A program made the position numbers and the translations under genes. From NCBI GenBank assembly GCA_963664115.2, contig CAXWPJ010000009.1, positions 800,001 to 864,000 on the forward strand: a stretch of DNA of 64,000 nucleotides, given 5' to 3'. Under the pieces are notes generated by a model. That model saw only the letters and a program-made list of their open reading frames with translations, was not told where the DNA came from and searched no databases. Below are positions 1-10,346 of the stretch, piece after piece. The stretch's first letter is position 1, and each line of letters starts with the position of its first letter. Source of the stretch: Terriglobia bacterium. GTDB lineage: Bacteria > Acidobacteriota > Terriglobia > 20CM-2-55-15.

Positions 1-694
1 CCCCCAGAGTGGCATCGGATCCCTCTTCTTCTCCCAACGACCGCACATAAGCGTCTAATGCTTCCGGATGCCGATCGAGGAGGATACGCAATAGGTGGTA
101 GGACTGAAGTCGAAAGACCCCTCCCTCGACGAGGTCATCGTAATTCTGGCTGGGCACGATGGTTAGGACGTCGGAGAGAGAAAATCCGTCTTCGCGCGAT
201 ACCGGATCGTCGTCACCACCCCGGCCCAGCCGTCTCAGGTATTCTCCGATTCCCTCCTGCAACCAGAACGGTTGCCACAACACGGATCGCGACAACAGGA
301 GGTGTCCCAGAGCATGGCCGACGTCGTCGGCGATAGATTCGGGCGAACTATCGCGCGCGAGCACAAAGGGCCCCCCGCTACCCGGCAGGAGATAGGCGGC
401 GAGGTTGTGGATCTTCAGGGGTTCGGGAACCCATCCAAGGAAATCCTGCCTATCGTCAATCAAGACGACACGGATGCGCAACGCCCGCGGTTCCAGCGGA
501 TAGAAGACCTGGGAAAAGACTTGATATCGTCCTTCGAGATCATCGAGAAGCCGTCCGCCCTTATCGGGATCGGTGTCCGTGTAGAGGACGAAATGTTCCG
601 ATTCCTGCGCGATCCATTCCGATTGTGCCCGGAGAACGGACGGCGATAACATCAGTCCGACCAGTAAGATTAGGATCGATCGCCTCTGTTTCAT
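1..694 (-). CDS. Secreted DUF1570/peptidase-MA-like protein, partial (runs off the left edge; not in the ORF track)
   Basis: Manual translation from ATG at 694: MKQRRSILILLVGLMLSPSVLRAQSEWIAQESEHFVLYTD...VGHALGHLLLSRSVLWQPFWLQEGIGEYL. It has a signal peptide and a PxWLxEGxxEY motif, is open to the window edge, and is a paralog of the neighbouring gene. Confidence 0.8.
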   Translation of the reverse strand, partial: MKQRRSILILLVGLMLSPSVLRAQSEWIAQESEHFVLYTDTDPDKGGRLLDDLEGRYQVFSQVFYPLEPRALRIRVVLIDDRQDFLGWVPEPLKIHNLAAYLLPGSGGPFVLARDSSPESIADDVGHALGHLLLSRSVLWQPFWLQEGIGEYLRRLGRGGDDDPVSREDGFSLSDVLTIVPSQNYDDLVEGGVFRLQSYHLLRILLDRHPEALDAYVRSLGEEEGSDATLG

Positions 695-718
695 ATTTCC
701 AAAGCAGGTCGTTGGTTC

Positions 719-2632
719 TTACGGAGCAGCCACAAATTCGACTTTATTTGGCACTCCGGCAAACTCGCCGCCTTCGGGCGCCGCCTGGAAGGTGATCACA
801 ACCGGAGCAGGGGGGTCCAAGGGGCCACAACTCACTTCACTGCCCACGTCGGCACTGAACGTCGCAAACTCAACTCGCTCGGGTGAATCTGTATGAAACA
901 AGTACGTGCCAGAATCCGCCTCGACGGTCAATGTCAGCCCTTCCCGGCAGTCGATCAAGCTCAGCAATCCGTTCTGTTGTTCGCCACTCACGATGCGGGT
1001 CAACTCAAACCGGTCGAACCCGAGGTTCGGAGAAACCAACTCTTCCGGAGCCGGTAGGGCGGGCTCCACGTCTGCTTCCGATGCTGCCGGTTCGGAATCG
1101 GCCCGGGTTATTTCAACAAATCCTTCTCCAATCACACCCCTGTTGCCTTCGAGCCCCTGAATCGACTGCAAAACCGACTGGGCTCGACTGCGGGTGTCCG
1201 GATGCTGAATCGCATCGAGCAGAGGAATGAGAAGCGTTCGGACATCGGAGAATCGTTCCTGCTCAATGAAGACCCTGCCAAGGCTGATTCGATAGTCAGG
1301 GTGTCGGGGTCTGAGTTCAAGCGCGACGTCGAGAAGATCGGCTGCTTCATCCAGATTTTCGTTTGCGCTCAAGTAACTGAGCGCCAATGCCTCATAGCTG
1401 TCAGCAAATCGAGGACCGATTCGTATCGCCTCCCGCAACGCGGCGCGGGCCTCATCCTGCCGATCCGGGCTGGGCTCCGCATCGCCTCTGACCAGGGAAA
1501 GCGCGTAGTAGTAATGACTGAGGAAATCAGCATCGCTTCCATTGACCACCGGCTCCAAATTGAGACGCGCCTCCTCGAATCGTGCCTGATCGATCAGGAG
1601 CCGGCTCATTACGACGCGGGGAACCCCCGAACCGGGATTCAGTTCGATCGCGCCCCGGAGCCGCTCCCGCGCCGCGTCGGTCGCGCCCTGACGAATCAAC
1701 AACTCGGCGAGTTGCGTTTCGACTTCGGCCGGAGAAATCCCCGCGGTTTCGGCCGGGCCCACTCCACGCGATGCATTTCCAACAGCCAACGTGAGGTAGG
1801 GATAGGTTCCCCGTTGCTGCACGTTGTTTTCGAATTCACTCAACAAAGTCCGAAAATTCGTGCCGAGGGCACCGCCCACGGCTTCTTCGAAAGAGATTCC
1901 CGATGCCATCAAGCGAACGAAACGGATCATCGCCGCATACCCCTGACCCTCGTTCCGCGTCATGAGAAAGTGAACGAAGGCCCAGGTCTGGGCATGGAAG
2001 ATGTCTTCCCTATCGGTCTCGTCATAGGAGTCCGAATCCGGGCTGAAGTCGAATAGCTGGTCGAAAGTCAACCGGACACGCTCGTCGCGTACGAGTCTCA
2101 CAAAGGAGTCTATCGGCCGCCCGATCTGAAGTTCTGTCCCTTCCGTCGACCACGTGGTGGTCCGATAAAACTCAGCTAATCCCTCCACAAGCCACAGCGG
2201 CGCATTGGGAATAGTTTTCTCGGCAATCGCATGGAAATAATCGTGAAGAACACGATCGAAAGGCCTCCGCCGGCTGGATTCGGTGAGCATGGCGATGTAG
2301 TTCTCACCGTCATCCGGTAAGAAATACGCATCGCTACCGGTCAGACCCAACTCTTCCAGCGAGTCGTCATCGTCCACAACCACTACGGTCATGGGTCCCG
2401 GTTCCGGATATTGACGACTGCTGAATATTTCTGTTATCGCTGAATGAAAGGCCTCAAAGCGTGTCGCCACGTCTACGAGGTCTCCGTCATCAACGTCACC
2501 GACAAACCTGTAGTTTGCTGAGCGCAGTTCAAGCCAACGCTCCTGAGCTTCGGCCACGTCGGGACCCAGCAGAAATACAACAAGTATGCCAACCACTGTA
2601 GTCCACGACCTTGCGCTAGTTTTGGCTCTCAC
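719..2632 (-). CDS. Secreted DUF1570/peptidase-MA-like protein with TPR repeats
   Basis: Signal peptide; LHDYFH...PLWLVEGLAEFY gluzincin-like motif; several TPR-like helical repeats; C-terminal beta domain with two Cys. Confidence 0.75.
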   Translation of the reverse strand: MRAKTSARSWTTVVGILVVFLLGPDVAEAQERWLELRSANYRFVGDVDDGDLVDVATRFEAFHSAITEIFSSRQYPEPGPMTVVVVDDDDSLEELGLTGSDAYFLPDDGENYIAMLTESSRRRPFDRVLHDYFHAIAEKTIPNAPLWLVEGLAEFYRTTTWSTEGTELQIGRPIDSFVRLVRDERVRLTFDQLFDFSPDSDSYDETDREDIFHAQTWAFVHFLMTRNEGQGYAAMIRFVRLMASGISFEEAVGGALGTNFRTLLSEFENNVQQRGTYPYLTLAVGNASRGVGPAETAGISPAEVETQLAELLIRQGATDAARERLRGAIELNPGSGVPRVVMSRLLIDQARFEEARLNLEPVVNGSDADFLSHYYYALSLVRGDAEPSPDRQDEARAALREAIRIGPRFADSYEALALSYLSANENLDEAADLLDVALELRPRHPDYRISLGRVFIEQERFSDVRTLLIPLLDAIQHPDTRSRAQSVLQSIQGLEGNRGVIGEGFVEITRADSEPAASEADVEPALPAPEELVSPNLGFDRFELTRIVSGEQQNGLLSLIDCREGLTLTVEADSGTYLFHTDSPERVEFATFSADVGSEVSCGPLDPPAPVVITFQAAPEGGEFAGVPNKVEFVAAP

Positions 2633-2668
2633 AATGGATATGCGGTGTTTGTCGGGTAAACGCGAAAA

Positions 2669-3325
2669 CTACTTTTCTACCGGAACCTGCATCTTTTCCC
2701 AGTCCTTGAGGAATTGGGCAAGTCCCGAGTCGGTCAAAGGATGCTTCATAAGTTGCAAGAATACTTTGAAGGGCAAGGTGCAGACGTCCGCCCCAAGCCG
2801 AGCTGCTTCGACAATGTGCATGGGACCTCGAATCGAGGCAGTCAACACTTCGGTGCTGTAGTCGTAGTTGTCGAAAATTGTAACGATATCGGCAATCAAC
2901 GACATTCCTTCCTGAGAAATATCGTCCAGCCGGCCGACAAACGGACTGACGAAACGCGCACCCGCTTTCGCCGCCATAATCGCCTGCGGGACGGAGAATA
3001 TCAAAGTCACATTGATCCCGATGTTTTCGTCGCTCAACTTTTTAGTCGCTTTAAGGCCCTCCAGGGTAAAAGGACACTTGACCACTATATTCGGATGGAC
3101 CGCGGCCAGACTACGGCCTTCCGCGATCATGCCCTCAGCTTCCAGACTGACCACCTCGGCACTGACAGGACCGTCGACTATGGAGCAAATCTTAAGCAAC
3201 TGGTCTTCAAAATCGTTCCCCTCTTTCGCAATCAGCGAAGGGTTCGTGGTCACGCCGTCCAGAATGCCAGTGCTGGCGGCCTCGCGAATTTCGCCCAGGT
3301 TGGCGGTGTCGAGGAAGAATTTCAT
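2669..3325 (-). CDS. tal: Transaldolase / fructose-6-phosphate aldolase (TalC/MipB family)
   Basis: [22 protein letters not shown] Schiff-base Lys, SPFVGRLDD; AGGAGG RBS upstream. Confidence 0.95.
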   Translation of the reverse strand: MKFFLDTANLGEIREAASTGILDGVTTNPSLIAKEGNDFEDQLLKICSIVDGPVSAEVVSLEAEGMIAEGRSLAAVHPNIVVKCPFTLEGLKATKKLSDENIGINVTLIFSVPQAIMAAKAGARFVSPFVGRLDDISQEGMSLIADIVTIFDNYDYSTEVLTASIRGPMHIVEAARLGADVCTLPFKVFLQLMKHPLTDSGLAQFLKDWEKMQVPVEK

Positions 3326-3511
3326 ACCCCGGGATCCTCCTTACATGCGGGCCCACTCCTGTGGGCTGCTGGGTGGTTACATGATCGTTGGCTATCGGCC
3401 CTATTCTACAGAATTTTTCGCGCTCTGACACGAACGCGGCAGCAGCCATTTAAACATCCGGGCAGTTGTTGCTGTTCGAAAGCAAATCGGGACCGACGGG
3501 ACCCTCCGGAT

Positions 3512-4489
3512 CTACTCGTCGATCGATGTCGAAATCGGACTTTCGTTGCCGGATCGATCCAGTGCTGTTACCGCGTATTCGAACCCGGGCTGATACTCGG
3601 GATCTTGAAACGCATTGGTCGCTTGCCCGTCGGGGCTCACCCGGCGGAAGTCTTCGTTCCCCGCAACACGCCTGAACACGTTATAACGAACGACATCGCT
3701 TTCAGGACTGAATTGCCACCGGATGAAAACGCCGCCTTGAAAGGGCGTGAGTGAGAGATCGGAGGGAGCACTCGGAGGCGTGCGATCCAGCGCCGTCACC
3801 GATACGGCCTCATAGGGCAACCCGGCCACCAAACCGGACACACCCTCGCGAACAGGGACAATTGTATAGATATAGGTCTCACCCACCCTGTAACGGGTGT
3901 CTTCGAATCGAGGAACCGAGAGTAGAGTGTCCCCCTCACCCGAGAGTAGCTCCCCGGAACGATAGATGCGATAGCCGTCGGTAATACCGGCTCCATTTTG
4001 AGGTGGCTCCCACTCCAGTGTCATTCGGTTTTGGTCAACCTCAGCACGGACACCGGAACCCGGGCCCGGGACTTCGATCACCATCACCTGTACCCGAGGC
4101 GACTGTGCGGAAATCCTTCCCCGAGTCGTCTCGAAGTGGATCGTGTACTGCTGGGTGGAACCCACGAGGTCCCGCCCCGGTAGCACTACCGTTTGGTATT
4201 CGCCTGGCCCTCGGACTTGGATTGCGGCAACTACGGTTTCGTTTTCTAAGATGACAGCCCGATCCAGATCAACCGAGGCCGATAGATCTACATTTCTGGA
4301 AGGATTCGTCCAGGCCAAGTGAAGTTCGTAGCCGACCTGCTCCACACCGAAGTCGTCAGCAGATTCCGGAATGCTCAGGAACGGTGGCTGGGGGTCCCCG
4401 ACCTTGCCGCATCCAAGGGCAAACAAGACAGGCAGTAGGGCAACAACAGACCAATCCCTTAACAGGCTTGCGATTGGTGGTCTTCTCAC
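3512..4489 (-). CDS. Fibronectin type III domain lipoprotein
   Basis: Lipobox FALG-C followed by GKVGDPQPP; FN3 signatures (LEW..P..GYRIYR, YAVTALDRSGNES). Confidence 0.8.
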   Translation of the reverse strand: MRRPPIASLLRDWSVVALLPVLFALGCGKVGDPQPPFLSIPESADDFGVEQVGYELHLAWTNPSRNVDLSASVDLDRAVILENETVVAAIQVRGPGEYQTVVLPGRDLVGSTQQYTIHFETTRGRISAQSPRVQVMVIEVPGPGSGVRAEVDQNRMTLEWEPPQNGAGITDGYRIYRSGELLSGEGDTLLSVPRFEDTRYRVGETYIYTIVPVREGVSGLVAGLPYEAVSVTALDRTPPSAPSDLSLTPFQGGVFIRWQFSPESDVVRYNVFRRVAGNEDFRRVSPDGQATNAFQDPEYQPGFEYAVTALDRSGNESPISTSIDE

Positions 4490-4501
4490 CGGGGGTTAAG
4501 G

Positions 4502-5887
4502 CTACAGAATGTAGCGACTCAAATCCTGATCCTTGACGATTTCGTTGAGCATCTTCTCAACGTAGGCGGCATCAATGTTGACGTTCTTCTCAGTCAGGTC
4601 AGGCCCTTCAAATGATATTTCGTCCAGGAGCTTTTCCATGATCGTGTGGAGACGTCGCGCTCCGATGTTTTCAGTGTTCTCGTTAACTAATGCCGCGAAT
4701 CTCGCGATCTCGAAAACGGCCTCCTCGGTGAACGACAGACGAATCCCTTCGGTCTCCATCAATGCGCGGTACTGCTTGATCAGTGCGTTCTGTGGCTCGG
4801 TCAGGATCCGGATGAAGTCTTCAACCGAAAGCGATTCCAACTCGACGCGAATTGGAAACCGTCCCTGTAGTTCAGGAATCAGGTCGGAGGGTTTACTGAC
4901 ATGAAACGCTCCGGCAGCGATAAAGAGAATGTGATCCGTCCGTATCATGCCGTATCGCGTGTTGATCGTGGTGCCCTCGACAATAGGAAGGATGTCTCTC
5001 TGGACGCCTTCGCGACTCACATCGGGTCCGTGACCGGATTCCCGGCCTGCGATCTTGTCGATCTCATCAAGAAAAACGATTCCGTTGTTTTCGACACGTT
5101 CGACAGCAATCCGAGTCACCTGTTCCATATCCACGAGCTTCTGCTCTTCTTCCTGGATGAGGTGCTCGACGGCCCCAACTACTTTCATCTTTCTCTTCTT
5201 CGTGCGCTGACCCAGAAAACCGGGAAGGATATCCTTAATATTGATATCCATCTCTTCGATACCGCTATTGGAGATGACTTCGAAAGCCGGGAAGCTCCGC
5301 TCCTTCACCTCGACTTCGACCGTGCGATCATCTAGTTTCCCGTCGCGAAGCTGAGAGCGTAGTTTCTCTCGCGTTCTATTCCATTGCGCCGCACTTCGCT
5401 CTCCCGCCTCGGGGTCAGCGTCACCGGTCGAGACAGGCAGTGGTGGCAACAGGAGATCCAGAATTCTTTCTTCGGCGTTGAGCTCGGCTTTCTCAGCGAC
5501 CTCTTCAAGTTTCTCGTTACGAACCATTTCAATGGATAGCTCGGCGAGATCCCGGATCATTGACTCCACATCACGCCCGACATAACCCACTTCGGTGAAC
5601 TTGGAGGCTTCCACTTTCACGAACGGGGAGTTCGCAAGCTTCGCCAACCGGCGTGCTATTTCAGTTTTTCCCACCCCGGTTGGCCCGATCATGATGATGT
5701 TCTTGGGCATGACCTCTTCAGCCATCTCCGGGGTGAGTTTCTGGCGGCGCACCCTGTTACGAAGCGCAATGGCAACGGCTCGCTTCGCAGCCCCCTGACC
5801 GATGACGTACTTGTCCAGTTCCCGAACGGTCTCTCGGGGAGTCAGGTCGTCAAGATGCGGTGCCGGAACTGCGTCGTACGCAAACAT
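4502..5887 (-). CDS. hslU: ATP-dependent protease ATPase subunit HslU
   Basis: [46 protein letters not shown]-terminal DLSRYIL. Confidence 0.98.
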   Translation of the reverse strand: MFAYDAVPAPHLDDLTPRETVRELDKYVIGQGAAKRAVAIALRNRVRRQKLTPEMAEEVMPKNIIMIGPTGVGKTEIARRLAKLANSPFVKVEASKFTEVGYVGRDVESMIRDLAELSIEMVRNEKLEEVAEKAELNAEERILDLLLPPLPVSTGDADPEAGERSAAQWNRTREKLRSQLRDGKLDDRTVEVEVKERSFPAFEVISNSGIEEMDINIKDILPGFLGQRTKKRKMKVVGAVEHLIQEEEQKLVDMEQVTRIAVERVENNGIVFLDEIDKIAGRESGHGPDVSREGVQRDILPIVEGTTINTRYGMIRTDHILFIAAGAFHVSKPSDLIPELQGRFPIRVELESLSVEDFIRILTEPQNALIKQYRALMETEGIRLSFTEEAVFEIARFAALVNENTENIGARRLHTIMEKLLDEISFEGPDLTEKNVNIDAAYVEKMLNEIVKDQDLSRYIL

Positions 5888-5910
5888 GGGATTATGGGAG
5901 TTTTTTGAGG

Positions 5911-6447
5911 CTACAGTTCCTCTATAGTCACGCTGCTGTTCGTATAGATGCAGATGTCTGCTGCGATTTTGAGGGCTTCCTCTGCGATTTGACGCGCCCC
6001 CAGATCGGAAAAACCGGAGAGCGCGCGAGCCGCGGCAAGCGCGTAAGCTCCACCCGATCCGATCCCTAACAGGCCGTCGTCGGGCTCGATCAAGTCGCCC
6101 GTCCCCGATATCAGAAAGGTCAATTTTTCGTCGGCCACGATCATCACGGCCTCAAGATGCCGCAGGCTCTTGTCCGTCCGCCAGTCTCGGGCAAGTTCCA
6201 CCGCCGCTCGACTCAGGTTGCCCTGAAACTGTTCGAGTTTCGATTCGAACCTGGCAAACAAAGCGAAACTGTCAGCTGACGAACCGGCGAAAGCCGCGAG
6301 TATCCGGTCGTTGAACAGGCGCCGGATCTTCTTCGCGCCGTGTTTAATTACGGTATCACCCAAGGTGACCTGTCCGTCACCGGCGAGTGCAACCCTTCCG
6401 TCTTTGCGAACGCAAATGATGGTGGTGGAGCGTGTCTGGACAGGCAT
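5911..6447 (-). CDS. hslV: ATP-dependent protease peptidase subunit HslV
   Basis: STTI N-terminal Thr nucleophile, [20 protein letters not shown]; adjacent to hslU. Confidence 0.97.
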   Translation of the reverse strand: MPVQTRSTTIICVRKDGRVALAGDGQVTLGDTVIKHGAKKIRRLFNDRILAAFAGSSADSFALFARFESKLEQFQGNLSRAAVELARDWRTDKSLRHLEAVMIVADEKLTFLISGTGDLIEPDDGLLGIGSGGAYALAAARALSGFSDLGARQIAEEALKIAADICIYTNSSVTIEEL

Positions 6448-6453
6448 GAAGCT

Positions 6454-7197
6454 CTATCGACCCACTTCGGACATGAAGAGTCGGTCCGAAAGATTGGAAT
6501 TGTAGGCGACGCTGTCAATCCGGATTTCCGTCGTCTTCAATCCATCGGTATAGCGGTCGATGAGCAGGGGTGTGAGCACGTTCTGAAACTCGTGGTAGTT
6601 GCTGTAAACCTCTTCGTGAATTCGTGGATCGTCCAGACGCCGTACGGTCTTTTTCATGAGGAGGCCGCTTTCCTGGTCAATATACAGATTAACCCGCGTC
6701 CGGTCTTCGTCACGGATTTCCAGGATGTCAACCCTCTTGAAGTCGATCATTTCACGGCCGACGTATTGAAGCGTGCTGTCGGGCTGCTCGACCACGACAC
6801 GAAGCACATGGTCCAGGCTCACCTTAAATTCCTCCCAGAAAACCTCGACCTGATCTTCAAGTTGAGCCTCGACTTCGCCATCGTTAACGTTCCATCCCTC
6901 AGACTGTCCGTTGTTGATCCGCACGGTGTCGCCGTCCTCTCCGAACTCTGTCCGCTCCCTGTCCGGATACCTGACGTAGTCAGCGAATATCTCCGCACCG
7001 ATGAGTTCGCCACGCTGGAACTGGTAAATACGGCCTTCTGTCGACATGTCGATCACGTCGAGATAGGCCGGACCTCCCAGAGTTTCTATAGCTCTGTCGA
7101 AAACCTCGCGCGGATCTTGCTGGGCCCCCGACACCGGCGGTTGCCACCAGAGCATGACTCCGACAGCGCACGCAATCAGCAGGTAGGTTTTTCTCAT
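6454..7197 (-). CDS. Secreted hypothetical protein, probably LolA-like / outer-membrane lipoprotein-sorting fold
   Basis: Start re-called at MRKTYLL (ATG 7197) after TATAAT at 7211-7216; signal peptide; LYIDQESGLLMK...YSNYHEFQNVLTP pattern typical of LolA-like proteins. Confidence 0.6.
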   Translation of the reverse strand: MRKTYLLIACAVGVMLWWQPPVSGAQQDPREVFDRAIETLGGPAYLDVIDMSTEGRIYQFQRGELIGAEIFADYVRYPDRERTEFGEDGDTVRINNGQSEGWNVNDGEVEAQLEDQVEVFWEEFKVSLDHVLRVVVEQPDSTLQYVGREMIDFKRVDILEIRDEDRTRVNLYIDQESGLLMKKTVRRLDDPRIHEEVYSNYHEFQNVLTPLLIDRYTDGLKTTEIRIDSVAYNSNLSDRLFMSEVGR

Positions 7198-7295
7198 AGA
7201 TGACCGTCCGATTATAGCGGATTCCATGTGAGCCGCGAACAAAGCTCCTCGGAGGGCGTCGATGCAGTTTTAATCATACTCTGCCGGACTCTACC

Positions 7296-8024
7296 TCACC
7301 CTTGGGCAAGAAATCGACGCCGAATGATTTCCCGAACATTACGGGCCGCCATGGCGGGCGATACAGTGTTGGACGGAACCGGGCTATCAATTGTCACCAT
7401 CACCGGTCCCCCATGCACGCATTTTGAGCCCGGTTCCAAAACGACGCGGGTGCCGTGAATCGTTATCGGGACAATCTCTGCACCTGAGCGCTGCCCAATA
7501 CTGAATGCTCCGTTTTTGAAAGAGGCAATGCCTCCGTCGATACTGGTCCGGCCCTCTGGGAAAAAGACAAGGGGCACACCTTCCCGAATTCGATCTACGG
7601 AAGGACCCAGCGCCCTCATGGCCGCCACGGGATTCTCACGATCTACCGGAAAATGTCCGGCTCTCCGCAGATGCCAGCCCAGTAACGGAACTCGAAACAG
7701 TTCTTTCTTGGCTGCGAATCGGAACTGAAACGGCAATGACGCAAGCAGGACGGGTATGTCCATATAGCTCTGGTGGTTCGCGCAAAGAACATATTTGCCG
7801 TTGGCTTCGAGCTGATCGAGTCCGTCGATCGCAAGCCGGACACCGGAAAGAAACAAGACAACATGGGACCAGGCCCTGGAACACCCATGCTGAAATCCGC
7901 CGTTCGGGTCCCGAAGCGAACCCAAAAGCGACACCAAAACGAAGACCACCGTGACCAATGATATCAAGGGAAGCCTGAGGCAGAGGGCGCCGAGGCGATC
8001 CAACTTCGTGTGTACCTGTCCCAT
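7296..8024 (-). CDS. plsC: 1-acyl-sn-glycerol-3-phosphate acyltransferase
   Basis: NHQSYMD, FFPEGRTS, FKNGAF motifs. Confidence 0.9.
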   Translation of the reverse strand: MGQVHTKLDRLGALCLRLPLISLVTVVFVLVSLLGSLRDPNGGFQHGCSRAWSHVVLFLSGVRLAIDGLDQLEANGKYVLCANHQSYMDIPVLLASLPFQFRFAAKKELFRVPLLGWHLRRAGHFPVDRENPVAAMRALGPSVDRIREGVPLVFFPEGRTSIDGGIASFKNGAFSIGQRSGAEIVPITIHGTRVVLEPGSKCVHGGPVMVTIDSPVPSNTVSPAMAARNVREIIRRRFLAQG

Positions 8025-8112
8025 TACGCCCTTATCCGGACCGATCGATAGTGAGCTGAAGGTTCGGATCCGAACGCGGTCGGATTCTAGGAACGACCCA
8101 GGTGATTCTCAT

Positions 8113-9393
8113 TCATTTCGCGGTCTGCTCTAGAGCTTCGCTGCGGATTCGACCCTCGAGAACCGCCCGAGCCTCGCCGGCCAGGTAGAGAGATCCGGTT
8201 ATCAGAATTGTCGTCTCCGGGGCCGCATGTTCCCGGGCATAAGCAACGGCGTCTGCGATACCTTCCACGATTAAAGCATCGGGAAAATCATTGCCTAACA
8301 TTTTTGGATCCGAGGAACGAGCGTTGCTCACTCGGGTCAGAATCAGTCGCTTGGCGTGGGGCCGAAGGACGCGGATCATCGCGGCACAATCCTTCTCGCC
8401 CATTCCTCCAAAAATCAACCACACTTTCTCTGGACAATTTTCGTCAAGGTAACGACCGAGGGCCTCTGCCGCAGGTACATTGTGCCCTCCATCGACCAGG
8501 AACGTTGGCTTCCCGGCAATTCGCTCCAATCTTCCCGGCCAGCTTGCCTGGTTCACGCCGCGTATTATGCTCTCGACGTCGAGAGGCCAGCCCTGCACCT
8601 CCAGACACTCAGCCGCCCGCACGGCTACCTTCAGGTTCTCGATCTGGTGACGGCCCCCGAGCCCGGGCCGGAGACCCCCATAGGTCCGGACAGGCGTCTG
8701 CAGGTCGACACGGTAAAGGCCCTCTCCTAAATTCTGGATCTCTGCCTTAAGCCCCCCGGCGTCAACGGATCGTCCACCCGCCCGCGCCCGAATACACTCA
8801 AACTCGCACCCGGCTCCGAGAACAACGGGCTCCGAACCTTTGATGATCCCCGCCTTTTCTGCCGCGATCTCTTCGATAGTGGATCCCAGATATTCCTGAT
8901 GGTCGTACCCGATATTAGTGATCACGGACAGGTCCTGTGAAACGATGTTCGTGGCGTCGAGCCGCCCACCCAAACCGACCTCAAGAACGGCATAGCGAAC
9001 GCGTCCACTGAAATACTCGAAAGCTGAGGCTGTGACCAATTCGAAATAGGTGGGGGGATAGAGCAGCCGTGTGCGAGCGTCAGAAGCCGCAGCCTGAACA
9101 CGTGTCAAGATCTCGCCAAGTTCCAGGTCGTCGATTTCGATTCCGCCGATGGAAATCCGCTCGTTCAGCCGTTCCAGGTGAGGCGATACATACAAACCCG
9201 CCTCTCCCAGCATGGCCGAAAGCAAGTGTGCAACCGAACCCTTCCCATTGGTACCCGCGATCAGTACGGAGCGAAATTGCTCTTGAGGATTTCCGAGTGC
9301 CTCACACAGAATCTGAATATTTTTAAGGTCGTATCGGAGGGATCGGTACTCATTCCGAAGTGAGAACAAATGCTGAATGTCTGTGTCGTCCAT
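8113..9393 (-). CDS. folC: Dihydrofolate/folylpolyglutamate synthase
   Basis: AGTNGKGS, SPHL, EVGLGGRLDATN, WPGRLE, DGGHN, ITGSLYLAGE. Confidence 0.95.
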   Translation of the reverse strand: MDDTDIQHLFSLRNEYRSLRYDLKNIQILCEALGNPQEQFRSVLIAGTNGKGSVAHLLSAMLGEAGLYVSPHLERLNERISIGGIEIDDLELGEILTRVQAAASDARTRLLYPPTYFELVTASAFEYFSGRVRYAVLEVGLGGRLDATNIVSQDLSVITNIGYDHQEYLGSTIEEIAAEKAGIIKGSEPVVLGAGCEFECIRARAGGRSVDAGGLKAEIQNLGEGLYRVDLQTPVRTYGGLRPGLGGRHQIENLKVAVRAAECLEVQGWPLDVESIIRGVNQASWPGRLERIAGKPTFLVDGGHNVPAAEALGRYLDENCPEKVWLIFGGMGEKDCAAMIRVLRPHAKRLILTRVSNARSSDPKMLGNDFPDALIVEGIADAVAYAREHAAPETTILITGSLYLAGEARAVLEGRIRSEALEQTAK

Positions 9394-9496
9394 AGACTTT
9401 CCGGAAAATTCCCAACCCAGGCCTGTCTTCTCTGGATCGCTGTTTTGTACCTGCCGATTACAGTCCGCGGCACTGAAGCTGATCCCCGGATTTCCC

Positions 9497-10336
9497 CTAA
9501 CCCACGAAAAAATTCAGAGAACGCAGCAGGTATGGCGCCAGCATTCCCCGTTCGACGATTGCATCCAGCATTCCGTGCTGGAGCAGGAATTCGCTCCGCT
9601 GGAAACCCTCAGGGAGCTTCTGGCGAATGGTCTGCTCGATCACTCGTGGGCCGGCGAAACCAATCAGAGCTCCTGGCTCGGCAACGTTCAAGTCACCCAA
9701 CATCGCGAAACTGGCCGTCACGCCACCCGTCGTTGGGTCTGTCAGAAGCGATATGTAAGGCAATTTCTCACGGTCGAGTCTTGAAAGAGCAGCAGAAATT
9801 TTCGCCATCTGCATCAGGCTCAAGACTCCTTCCTGCATTCGTGCGCCGCCTGAACAGGAGACAATGACCAGGGCTGAACGCGTCCGTATCGCGCTTTCGA
9901 CCGCCCGCGTGATTTTTTCGCCGACAACAGAGCCCATCGACCCTCCGATGAAGCCATACTCCATCGCTGCCGCGACCACATCGTGACGTCCTATCCGGCC
10001 GGAACCGGTGACAACGGCTTCTAAAGGACCGGGCTCGCTTGAAAGACGCTCGAGCGTCTGTTTGTATGGCTTGGCGGCAGTAAAGTCGAGAGGATCCGTC
10101 GAGAACATCCCGGCATCCATCTCTTTCCAGGAACCATCAAAGAGGAGGTTCAATCGGTCAATGGCACCGATCTTGTAGTGATGGTTGCATTTTGGACATA
10201 CCTGGAAATTTGCATCGATGTCCTTTTTCCAGACCGGCTCTTTGCAACTGACGCACTTCTGCCAGAGGCCCTCCGGCATGACCAGACGTTCTTCACCAAC
10301 CTCGATGGACTTCTTTTCCCTTTTGAACCAGGTCAT
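9497..10336 (-). CDS. accD: Acetyl-CoA carboxylase carboxyltransferase beta subunit
   Basis: Start MTWFKR (10336); CxxC...CxxC zinc finger; GGSMGSVVGEK, SGGARMQEG, PTTGGVTASFA. Confidence 0.96.
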   Translation of the reverse strand: MTWFKREKKSIEVGEERLVMPEGLWQKCVSCKEPVWKKDIDANFQVCPKCNHHYKIGAIDRLNLLFDGSWKEMDAGMFSTDPLDFTAAKPYKQTLERLSSEPGPLEAVVTGSGRIGRHDVVAAAMEYGFIGGSMGSVVGEKITRAVESAIRTRSALVIVSCSGGARMQEGVLSLMQMAKISAALSRLDREKLPYISLLTDPTTGGVTASFAMLGDLNVAEPGALIGFAGPRVIEQTIRQKLPEGFQRSEFLLQHGMLDAIVERGMLAPYLLRSLNFFVG

Positions 10337-10346
10337 AAGGTGATGA

